Source: Pseudomonadota bacterium
GTDB lineage: Bacteria > Myxococcota_A > UBA9042 > CAIXZC01
NCBI GenBank assembly: GCA_043815665.1
Contig: JBDRIT010000002.1
Location: 19,208 to 83,207, forward strand
Direction: 5' to 3'
DNA length: 64,000 nucleotides
Under the pieces are notes generated by a model. The model ran no database searches and was not told the origin of the DNA. It saw only the letters and a program-made list of their open reading frames with translations. Each line of letters opens with the position of its first letter. The stretch's first letter is position 1. Of the stretch, positions 1 to 7,583 are shown in pieces. Position numbers and translations under genes: made by a program.

Positions 1-86
1 ACGCCAGGCCCGGCCGCCGCTGCGCCGAGGGCATCGTGTCCCGCCTGGATCTTCCTGATGATGACGCCATGGAGGTGCGCAGATGA
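1..86 (+). CDS. 3' end of an upstream gene (partial, product unknown)
   Basis: The frame is open from the window edge and ends ...AMEVRR-TGA at 84-86. The TGA overlaps the apt ATG (ATGA junction). Too short to name. Confidence 0.25.
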   Translation, partial: ARPGRRCAEGIVSRLDLPDDDAMEVRR

Positions 87-616
87 GCGATGACACGCTG
101 AAACTCGACCTGCGGGATCAGATCCGGGACGTCCCGGACTTCCCGAAGCCCGGGATCCTCTTCAAGGACATCACCCCGCTGCTCCTGAACCCCAGCGCGT
201 TCCGCCTCTGCATCGAGAAGCTCTGCGCCCCCTGGTATCACACCGAGCCCGACGTCATCGTGGGCATCGAGGCGCGGGGCTTCATCTTCGGCGCAGCCAT
301 GGCGGTGCAGATGGGGATCCCCTTCGTGCCGATCCGCAAGTCCGGAAAGCTCCCATGGAAGACCCGGTCCCGGACGTACTCGCTGGAGTACGGCGAGGAC
401 ACCGTGGAGATCCACGAGGACGCAGTGCAGCCCGGCCAGAAGGTCCTCCTCGTGGATGACCTCCTCGCCACCGGTGGAACCATGGGGGCCGCGATCCGTC
501 TCGTGCAGGACCTCGGCGGAGAGGTCATCGAGGCCCTCTTCGTCGTGGAGCTCAAGGATCTCGCCGGGAGGGACAAGCTCCCCGATGTGCCGGTGCGATC
601 GATACTGACCTATTGA
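83..616 (+). CDS. apt: adenine phosphoribosyltransferase
   Basis: 177 aa. Contains DFPKPGILFKDITPLL, GIEARGFIFG and the PRPP-binding loop VLLVDDLLATGGT, typical of Apt. Confidence 0.9.
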   Translation: MSDDTLKLDLRDQIRDVPDFPKPGILFKDITPLLLNPSAFRLCIEKLCAPWYHTEPDVIVGIEARGFIFGAAMAVQMGIPFVPIRKSGKLPWKTRSRTYSLEYGEDTVEIHEDAVQPGQKVLLVDDLLATGGTMGAAIRLVQDLGGEVIEALFVVELKDLAGRDKLPDVPVRSILTY

Positions 617-655
617 TCTCCGTTTCGTCCTGCCTGATACTACGCCCGTTGTCCG

Positions 656-729
656 CGGGGCGTAGCGCAGTCTGGTAGCGCACGAGTTTTGGGTACTCGA
701 TGTCGCTGGTTCGAATCCAGTCGCCCCGA
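656..729 (+). tRNA. tRNA-Pro (anticodon UGG)
   Basis: A 74-nt cloverleaf was folded by hand. Acceptor CGGGGCG/CGCCCCG, D stem GCGC/GCGC, anticodon stem CGAGT/ACTCG with loop TTTGGGT, T arm GCTGG-TTCGAAT-CCAGT. CCA is not encoded. Confidence 0.9.
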
Positions 730-757
730 CCCTTCGGTTCTTCTCCAGAGGTTGGTC

Positions 758-1384
758 ATGCACAGGCTCACGATCCTGGCCCTCGCCGCAACGCTCCTGG
801 TACCGGGACGCGTAGAGGCGAAGAACGTCCAGGGCAAGCTGGGGTTCGGATACCAGCTCACGTTGGCGGGGGTTCAGGGGTTCTCGCTCACCTACTGGGC
901 CGCCGAGAAGTTCGCGATGCAGTTCATCGCGGGCGCAGAGTTCAAGCTGGACAAGAAGAACGAGGTCAACTCGACCATTCACCTCGGCATCGGCGGGCGC
1001 TACGTCCTCATGAGCACCCGCTACGCGAACCTCTCCATCGGGCTCCGGGCGGTCATGGCCTACGCACCGAACCTGTGGACCACCTCCAGCATCCTCAGGT
1101 GCCACCCCGACGGCGACGGCTCCGTGTGCGAGGAGGAGATCTCCACGGCCACCGAGAGCAACGTGGTCCAGTTCGGCGTGGAGCTGCCGATCGAGGTGGA
1201 GTATTTCTTCTCCGACACCTTCTCCATCATGCTGGGGGCCGGGGCCATGGCGGTGTTCGTCCCCAAGGCGGGGGCCATCCTCGACCCCGGTGGTCTGGGC
1301 GCTGTCCACCAGGCCGAAAACAAGGGCATCGGCATCGGGACCGGAGCGGTCTTTGGCGCTGCGGCCTTCAACTTCTACCTGTAG
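758..1384 (+). CDS. small outer-membrane beta-barrel protein (predicted)
   Basis: Start moved to ATG 758, giving the signal peptide MHRLTILALAATLLVPGRVEA. Alternating Gly/aromatic beta-strand pattern with an OMP-type C-terminus ...AAFNFYL. Confidence 0.6.
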   Translation: MHRLTILALAATLLVPGRVEAKNVQGKLGFGYQLTLAGVQGFSLTYWAAEKFAMQFIAGAEFKLDKKNEVNSTIHLGIGGRYVLMSTRYANLSIGLRAVMAYAPNLWTTSSILRCHPDGDGSVCEEEISTATESNVVQFGVELPIEVEYFFSDTFSIMLGAGAMAVFVPKAGAILDPGGLGAVHQAENKGIGIGTGAVFGAAAFNFYL

Positions 1385-1444
1385 CGACGATCCCCCTGAT
1401 CCTGTATGCTCGGTGGTCGAGAACTCCCGAATCGGAGGACCCGG

Positions 1445-4312
1445 ATGAGACGACTCGCGCTCGACACCTGCCCCATCGTCGTCATGACGACCACCCTCGC
1501 GCTCGCTGCCTGCTCGAGCGGCGGCGGCGGGCAGGACCTCGACTCCAGCGCCGGCGACGGCGCACGGCTCGACTGCACCGGAGACTGCCTGTCACAGGAG
1601 GACGGTCTCGAGCCGGGCGAGGTCGTGGATCCCGTGGACGGCGACGCGCCTCTGGATGGCCTCGGGGTTGACACCCCGGGCGAGGACACCGCGGCCCCGG
1701 GCTGTGACCCACCGGATTGCGACGACGGGAATCCCTGCACCGACGACCAGTGCAAGGAAGGGTTCGGCTGCCAGCACCTCCCCAGGACCTGCGACGACGA
1801 GGACGCCTGCACCGACGACAAGTGCGATCCCGCCTCCGGTGCGTGCCTCAACGAGGCCGTCACCTGCGGGGATGGCAACCTCTGCACCGAGGAGGTCTGT
1901 GATCCCGATGTCGGGTGCGTCTACACCCTCATTCAGTGCGACGACGGTGACCCCTGCACCTCCAACGGCTGCTCTCCGAACGGCGGCTGCGTCTATCAAC
2001 CCCTGACCTGCGCGGACGGGAACCCCTGCACCGACGACTGGTGCGACCCCGTCGCCGGGTGCCAGCACCAGGCGGTCGCGGACCCCGAGTGCTGCGCGAC
2101 GAACCAGGACTGCGAGGACGGATCCCCCTGCACCGATGATTCCTGCGTCGCGGCCTCCTGCGTTCACAGCGACGTCCCGGGGATGATCTGCTGCGACACG
2201 GACCTGGACTGTGGCGACCAGAACGACTGCACCGACGACATCTGCATCGAGCAGGTGTGCAACTACTTCGCCGCGGGCGAAGGCTGCTGCGAGGATGCGC
2301 TGGATTGTTCCGACCAGGACGGCTGCACCCAGGACCTCTGCCAGGACTTCCACTGTGTCCTGGCGCCCATCCCCGGCTGCTGCCACGAGAACCTGGACTG
2401 TGACGATCAGGAGGCCTGCAGCGCGGACATCTGCAGCATGACCGGCGGGGACTTCGGGTTCTGCCAGAACACCCTGATCCCCGACTGCTGCCACGACACG
2501 ATCCTCGAGTGCGACGACGGCGACGTCTGCACCACGGACGCGTGCCCCGGCATGGGAGAGGTCTGCGAGCACGCCCCCGTGGCGGGCTGCTGCAACGCCC
2601 CGTCAGACTGCGACGACGGCGACGGCTGCACCCTCGAGATCTGCATGAACCACGAGTGCTCCTGGTCCGAGATCTGCTGCCAGACCAACGCGGACTGCGA
2701 CGACGGGGACGACGTGTGTACCGTCGAGGAGTGCGTCGGCAGCTTCTGCGTCACCACCCCCACCGGCGCAGCGGGTTGCTGCGAGGTGCCGCTCTTCGAG
2801 GACGACTTCTCCACGAACAAGGGCTGGATCTACGACGGCGAGTGGGAGCGCGGCCCCGCGCAGGCGAGCACCGGCTCTGTCTACAACAACGATCCAGCTC
2901 TGGACCACACCGGCTCTGACGACAACTACATCGCCGGCGTGGTCATCGGAGGCCTGGCCAACACCAACCTCCACGACTTCGACTACCTCACCAGCCCCGT
3001 GGTCAGCGTCAACACCCCGGGGAACGTCCACCTCTCCTACCGGCGCTGGCTCAACAGCGACTATTCGCCGTACATGATCAACGTCGTCGAGGTCTTCAAC
3101 GGGGTCACCTGGGTGAACCTCTGGATGACCTCCTCCCCCGGGATCCAGGACTCCGTGTGGACTTATCACGAGTGGGACATCACGGCCCACGCGAATCCGG
3201 ACATGCGGGTGCGTTTCGGCTTCAACATCGGCAGCGGCGGCGTCTTTTCGATCTCCAGCTGGAACCTCGACGACGTGAAGATCCTCCGCAAGGAGGCGCC
3301 GCTCTGCTGCGCCTGGGACACGGACTGCGACACCGACGGCCTCGAGGCGGACGCGACCTGCATGGCTGGCACCTGCTCCTCGGGGGAGTGCCAGGTGGAC
3401 GCCCAGTGCGCCGACGAGGACTCCTGCACCGAGGACCTCTGCGTTGCGGGAGGATGCGTCCACGAGCCCATCGAGGGCTGCTGCAGCCTGGACGAGGACT
3501 GCGACGATGGGAATCCGTGCACTGACGATCTCTGCACCATCGACAGCTGCTCCCATGCGCCTGTCCTCGACTGCTGCCTCACCGCGGACGACTGCGGCGA
3601 CATGGACGAGTGCACCGCGGATTCCTGCGTCGAGAACCAGTGCCAGTACGTCCCCATCGACTTCTGCTGTGTCGTGGACGGGGACTGTGATGACGAAGTC
3701 TCCTGCACGGAGGACCTTTGCGTAGAGGGGATCTGCGTCAACACGCCGATCCCGGATTGCTGTGTCGTGGACGGGGACTGTGACGACCAGGATCCCTGCA
3801 CCGTGGACGCCTGCAAGGCCGGCTCCTGCAGCAGCCTGGAGCTGGTGGACTGCTGCGTCGACGACGCCTCATGCGCGGACGGCGACCCCTGCACCGAGGA
3901 CGCCTGCGTGGACAACGTCTGCGGCAACACGCCAATCATCGATTGCTGCGTCGACGACACGGAGTGCGACGACGAGGACCCGTGCACCGACGACGCCTGC
4001 ACCGGCAACGCCTGCGTGAACACCGCCATCCCGGACTGCGTCTCGGCGCCCACCTACACCAACGACGTCCAGCCGATCTACCTCGCGAACTGCAGCCCCT
4101 GCCACGCCGGCGGCGGGACCTCCGGGGGTGCCGGCTTCGGCGACTCCTACCAGGATGCGCTGAAGGACTCGACGATCTGCCCTGGGAAGGTCGTGGGCGA
4201 GTGCACCCTCATCCGGATCCAGAACGGCTCGATGCCCCCCGGCGGGGGCGGACCCACCGTAGACGAGCAGGCCGTGCTCCAGGCCTGGATCGACGCGGGC
4301 CTCCCCGAGTAG
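1445..4312 (+). CDS. Cys-rich repeat lipoprotein with C-terminal CxxCH (cytochrome-c-like) domain
   Basis: Start moved to ATG 1445 (MRRLALD...LALAAC lipobox). I count 19 C-T-x-D-x-C type modules (PCTDDQC, ACTDDKC, PCTDDWC...), resembling the Dictyostelium CTDC-type repeat. There is a central Cys-free beta-rich module. The C-terminus has NCSPCH (nt 4091-4105) plus ...NGSMPP...WIDAGLP, like the planctomycete PSCyt1 haem domain. Confidence 0.75.
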   Translation: MRRLALDTCPIVVMTTTLALAACSSGGGGQDLDSSAGDGARLDCTGDCLSQEDGLEPGEVVDPVDGDAPLDGLGVDTPGEDTAAPGCDPPDCDDGNPCTDDQCKEGFGCQHLPRTCDDEDACTDDKCDPASGACLNEAVTCGDGNLCTEEVCDPDVGCVYTLIQCDDGDPCTSNGCSPNGGCVYQPLTCADGNPCTDDWCDPVAGCQHQAVADPECCATNQDCEDGSPCTDDSCVAASCVHSDVPGMICCDTDLDCGDQNDCTDDICIEQVCNYFAAGEGCCEDALDCSDQDGCTQDLCQDFHCVLAPIPGCCHENLDCDDQEACSADICSMTGGDFGFCQNTLIPDCCHDTILECDDGDVCTTDACPGMGEVCEHAPVAGCCNAPSDCDDGDGCTLEICMNHECSWSEICCQTNADCDDGDDVCTVEECVGSFCVTTPTGAAGCCEVPLFEDDFSTNKGWIYDGEWERGPAQASTGSVYNNDPALDHTGSDDNYIAGVVIGGLANTNLHDFDYLTSPVVSVNTPGNVHLSYRRWLNSDYSPYMINVVEVFNGVTWVNLWMTSSPGIQDSVWTYHEWDITAHANPDMRVRFGFNIGSGGVFSISSWNLDDVKILRKEAPLCCAWDTDCDTDGLEADATCMAGTCSSGECQVDAQCADEDSCTEDLCVAGGCVHEPIEGCCSLDEDCDDGNPCTDDLCTIDSCSHAPVLDCCLTADDCGDMDECTADSCVENQCQYVPIDFCCVVDGDCDDEVSCTEDLCVEGICVNTPIPDCCVVDGDCDDQDPCTVDACKAGSCSSLELVDCCVDDASCADGDPCTEDACVDNVCGNTPIIDCCVDDTECDDEDPCTDDACTGNACVNTAIPDCVSAPTYTNDVQPIYLANCSPCHAGGGTSGGAGFGDSYQDALKDSTICPGKVVGECTLIRIQNGSMPPGGGGPTVDEQAVLQAWIDAGLPE

Positions 4313-4315
4313 GCG

Positions 4316-5086
4316 CTACCGCCCCTCTTTGAACAGGTAGGTCCCCTTGGCATCCACGCGGACGACCGGCAGCGTCTTCGTGGCCTCGAAGAGGTCGTAG
4401 CCTTCCTTGATGTTCTTCCAGAACGCGAGGTGTTTGCTGTCGGGCTCCTGCTCGATGAGCCCCTCCAGATCCCGGGTCGGGAAGAGGTGGACGTAGACGC
4501 GGCGCTTCAGCCGGTCCATGGTGCGGGCCATGACCCAGAGCTCCTCGATACGCTCGTCGCTCATGGCAAGGCAGCCGATGGACACGCAGTTTCCATGGAT
4601 CATGATCGCGCTGCCGAGGTTGCCCCGGTGCCCGAGGATCCTGTCCGACTCGTTGGGGTAGTTGACGCGGAACGAGAGGTGGAAGCTGCTCCTGCTGTTG
4701 AAATAGTCGAGGTGGTAGAAGCCCTCGGGCACCTGGCCGTCCCCCTGGCGCCGCTTGGGGCCGTCCCCCCCCGAGCTGTAGCAGATCTCGTAGGTGGCGA
4801 TGGGTGTCAGCGGTCCGGTCTGCGCGGAGGCCGCCCAGACCTCGAGGTGGCGCTCCGCCTTGAACCCGCGCAGCAGGAGCTGGCGCGGCGGGAAGGTCAC
4901 CCCCGCGTCCGCGAAGAGCTTCTTCACCACCGCGTCCTTCTCCCTGAACGCATGGGCATCCCGCTCCTTCCCGGACATGCTGTCGGGCAGGCTCTTGTCC
5001 GTGTGGCGGATGAGCGGTGGCTCCCCGGCGAACGCGGGGAGCGTGAGCGACAGCGCAAGGATCACCAGCGCGAACCTGACCTTCAT
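4316..5086 (-). CDS. L,D-transpeptidase (YkuD-fold) family protein
   Basis: Start moved to ATG 5086, with GGAGG 8 nt upstream. Signal peptide MKVRFALVILALSLTLPAFA. Catalytic-type motif IMIHGNCVSIGCLAMS (His ... Ser-x-Gly-Cys). Confidence 0.7.
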   Translation of the reverse strand: MKVRFALVILALSLTLPAFAGEPPLIRHTDKSLPDSMSGKERDAHAFREKDAVVKKLFADAGVTFPPRQLLLRGFKAERHLEVWAASAQTGPLTPIATYEICYSSGGDGPKRRQGDGQVPEGFYHLDYFNSRSSFHLSFRVNYPNESDRILGHRGNLGSAIMIHGNCVSIGCLAMSDERIEELWVMARTMDRLKRRVYVHLFPTRDLEGLIEQEPDSKHLAFWKNIKEGYDLFEATKTLPVVRVDAKGTYLFKEGR

Positions 5087-5137
5087 TCGTTGCACCTCCT
5101 GGAGCGATGAACCCTCAGCCCCACCTCCCATTCCGCC

Positions 5138-5172
5138 CATTGTCCGTTGTCCATTGTCCATTGTCCATTCGC
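5138..5172. repeat. tandem heptamer repeat (CATTGTC-like, 5 units)
   Basis: The sequence reads cattgtc cgttgtc cattgtc cattgtc cattcgc. It lies in the divergent intergenic region between the starts at 5086 (-) and 5239 (+). Confidence 0.85.
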
Positions 5173-5238
5173 CGGGGCTGCCTCATTTGGATTTCCTCCC
5201 GCACCGGGCATCTGCTACCATTTCACTCCGGAGGCACG

Positions 5239-7152
5239 ATGTCAGACACCCCATTTCACGCGTGGAAGCCCACGCTCCGTGCCGATGTCCACCTTCGGGA
5301 CGATCGGTCCGGGGACTTGATCCTCCTGGGACCCCGGGGCGGATTCCTCGCTGCGCTCCCGGCGCGCTGGCGTCCCCTCCTCGGCCGGATGGATGGCCGG
5401 CTCGATGTCGGGGCGCTGCTGGTGGAGGACGCCCGCCTGTCGGGCCGCTTCGACCCGCGCAGCCTGGTCGGGCTCCTGGAGCGCCTGGCCTCCCTGGACG
5501 CGTTCACGGAGCGGCCCCCACGCATCCCCACCGCCGAGGCCACACCCACGGTGCTGGATCGCCTCCTCGCCGGCCTGGGGCGCTGCCTCGACATCAATCT
5601 GACCGGCCCCTCCCCTGCCCCATGGGATCCGGGCCGCTGGACGATTCCGGTCTTCGGCCTCCTGGTCCTCGTCGTCCATGTGATGATCCTCTTCCTGTTC
5701 CTGGACGGCGTGATCACCTCCGGTGAGGCGGGCCTTCCCCGGGCGCTGTCCCAGGCCGGAGCCGCCTTCGGGGGGCTGGCCCTCTCCATGACCCTGCGCG
5801 GACTGGTGCGCTGGTACGTGCTCTTCATCGGACGGAGGCCCGCACGCAGGGTCGGCCTGCGGGTTCGACTCGGGCTCCCCTTCCTGGACGTGGATCCCCG
5901 TGCCGCCGGGGCCCTGTCCCGCACCCGACAGATCGCCCTGGCGCTGTCCGGGATCGGCGCGTTGGCCGTCGCGTCCGGGGCGATGCTCTTCCTCCCGGGG
6001 GGCGGTCCGCTGGCTGCGGTGGCCGGGCGCGCCGCGCTGGCTGCGTTGATCTTCGATCTCTGCCCCTTCGCCCGCTCCGACGGATCTCTGCTCCTCGAGT
6101 CCATCCTGGGGATCTCCTGGCTCCGCGGTCGGACCCTCCGGTATCTCCGTCAGGGCCTCGCTGCCCGCTTCCTCCGGGGCCGCGCCTCGGAGACCGAGGA
6201 GTGGCGCCTCCTCCTGGTCCTGGGTCTCTGGGCGGTCTGGGCCGGCCTCGCCCTACCCCTCGTCGCCTTCCCGGCTTTGCGATCGGCTCTGGACATCACC
6301 GGGGCGCTCCTCGCAGACGCCGTCGCCACGGAGGACGCCCTGTCCTCGGTCCTCGGCCTCGTCATCGGTCTCTACCTGGCGCTCCTCTTCTGCGTCGTCT
6401 CGGTCTTCGGCGTCCTCCTCGCCGCCTCGTTCATCCTTCGTTCCCTCCAGGCCCTGATGCCGATCCGTGCCGGCGCGACAGTGGGACCAGAGCCAGGCGC
6501 GCTCCCCGAGGCCCTGGGCGCCCTGGGCCTCGACGAGGGCCTCGCCGGCCCCCTCGCTGCAGCGGGCCGTTGGTTTCGCCTCGGCGCCGGGGATGTCTTC
6601 CCGGTCCCCGGCGCCCCCTTCGAAGGCGTCGCCCTCCTCGTGGCCGGGCGGGCGGCGGTCCAGCGGAGGGAGGTCTCCGGCCTGGTCCACGACGTCGCCG
6701 AGGCCGGACCCGGGTGGGTGATCCAGGGGCAGCCCGGTGTGCCCGGGTGGCGGTGGAGCCTCTACACCCGCGGCGTTGCGCTCGTCCTTGTCCTGGATCC
6801 ACCGGTCGAGGACGCCCTGGGCGCGCTCGCCGGTCGGATCCGAGGATACGAGGACTGCCCTGCGCTCTGGGGGCTGGGACCGGACGGCGTCCGGTGGGCA
6901 GCCTCCCATGGTGAGTTCACCTGCCCCTCGGGAGAGGCCATCACGCCCCTCGAGGGGACGGTCAGCGTGCTCCTCACCGGCTCCGTGGAGCACGAGACCC
7001 GTTCGGGTTCGACGCTCCTGCAGGCGCCCCGGGTCCTCCCGCTTCCCGGGCCCGGGGAAGCCCTCCGCGCGGCAGGCGCATCGGTCAGGCTCCTCCGGCT
7101 CCCGGTGGCCGCGCCAGGCCGCTTCCTCCCGTCCTGGTGGAGCCAGGGGTGA
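5239..7152 (+). CDS. polytopic membrane protein: PqqD-like N-domain, degenerate site-2-protease (M50)-like core, cNMP-binding-like C-terminal region
   Basis: Start at ATG 5239, with GGAGG 5 nt upstream. The N-terminal ~80 aa follow the PqqD/RRE-like pattern (...LLGPRGGFLAALPARWRPLLGRMDGRLDVGALL...LLERLASLDAF). Multiple TM helices. FDLCPFARSDGSLLL resembles the M50 NxxPxxxLDG motif, but no HExxH is present. The C-terminal part has a beta-roll-like GDVFPVPGAPFEGVALLVAGRA segment. Confidence 0.5.
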   Translation: MSDTPFHAWKPTLRADVHLRDDRSGDLILLGPRGGFLAALPARWRPLLGRMDGRLDVGALLVEDARLSGRFDPRSLVGLLERLASLDAFTERPPRIPTAEATPTVLDRLLAGLGRCLDINLTGPSPAPWDPGRWTIPVFGLLVLVVHVMILFLFLDGVITSGEAGLPRALSQAGAAFGGLALSMTLRGLVRWYVLFIGRRPARRVGLRVRLGLPFLDVDPRAAGALSRTRQIALALSGIGALAVASGAMLFLPGGGPLAAVAGRAALAALIFDLCPFARSDGSLLLESILGISWLRGRTLRYLRQGLAARFLRGRASETEEWRLLLVLGLWAVWAGLALPLVAFPALRSALDITGALLADAVATEDALSSVLGLVIGLYLALLFCVVSVFGVLLAASFILRSLQALMPIRAGATVGPEPGALPEALGALGLDEGLAGPLAAAGRWFRLGAGDVFPVPGAPFEGVALLVAGRAAVQRREVSGLVHDVAEAGPGWVIQGQPGVPGWRWSLYTRGVALVLVLDPPVEDALGALAGRIRGYEDCPALWGLGPDGVRWAASHGEFTCPSGEAITPLEGTVSVLLTGSVEHETRSGSTLLQAPRVLPLPGPGEALRAAGASVRLLRLPVAAPGRFLPSWWSQG

Positions 7153-7583
7153 GATCCACGGTCCGCGTCCTCGCCTTCTTCCTCGTCCTGGCGACGGTGT
7201 ACTGGGTCATGACCCACGGCGGGGGCATCCTATCCCGCACCATCGAGGCCACCCGCAAGGTGGTCACCATGTGGAACCTCCGCAGCATCAAGGACGTGGT
7301 CCTCGCATCCCGTATCCTCCAGGAGCCGGACAGGATCCTCGCCTGGTCCGAGGAGGACTTCTCGGAGTTCCTGCGGGACGCCCTCGTGACACCGAAAGAC
7401 GACGCCGCCGACCCCACGGTCGACCCCTGGGAGTCCCCCTACCTCCTGGACATCCTCGAAGACGGCGAGGACTGGGTGCTCGTCAGCACGGGCCCGAACC
7501 TCGTGCCCGACCTCTGCGACTTCGAGGGCCCCGGGGGAGACGACATCTGCCTGGTGATCCCGGCAGCGGAGATCAGTCGCTGA
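7149..7583 (+). CDS. GspG (T2SS pseudopilin)-like domain protein with atypical N-terminus
   Basis: GTG 7149 overlaps the upstream TGA (GTGA), with GGAG 6 nt upstream. ATG 7137 is an alternative start. There is one N-terminal TM helix. DPWESPYLL...LVSTGPN...GGDDI resembles the GspG DPWGxPY...GxDG...DI signature. No G-F-T-L-I-E prepilin motif. Confidence 0.5.
   Translation: MRSTVRVLAFFLVLATVYWVMTHGGGILSRTIEATRKVVTMWNLRSIKDVVLASRILQEPDRILAWSEEDFSEFLRDALVTPKDDAADPTVDPWESPYLLDILEDGEDWVLVSTGPNLVPDLCDFEGPGGDDICLVIPAAEISR

Noticed and set aside
700-1671. 323-aa plus-strand ORF overlapping tRNA-Pro and the OMP gene
   Set aside because: It starts inside the tRNA and has Arg/Gly/Pro-rich composition. 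The alternative frame encodes a signal peptide and an OMP-type C-terminus.
5107-5238. Upstream ATG 5107 as the start of the S2P-like gene (44 extra aa encoded by the heptamer repeats)
   Set aside because: GGAG lies only 2 nt from that ATG. ATG 5239 has GGAGG at optimal spacing, and the recognisable PqqD-like pattern begins right after it.
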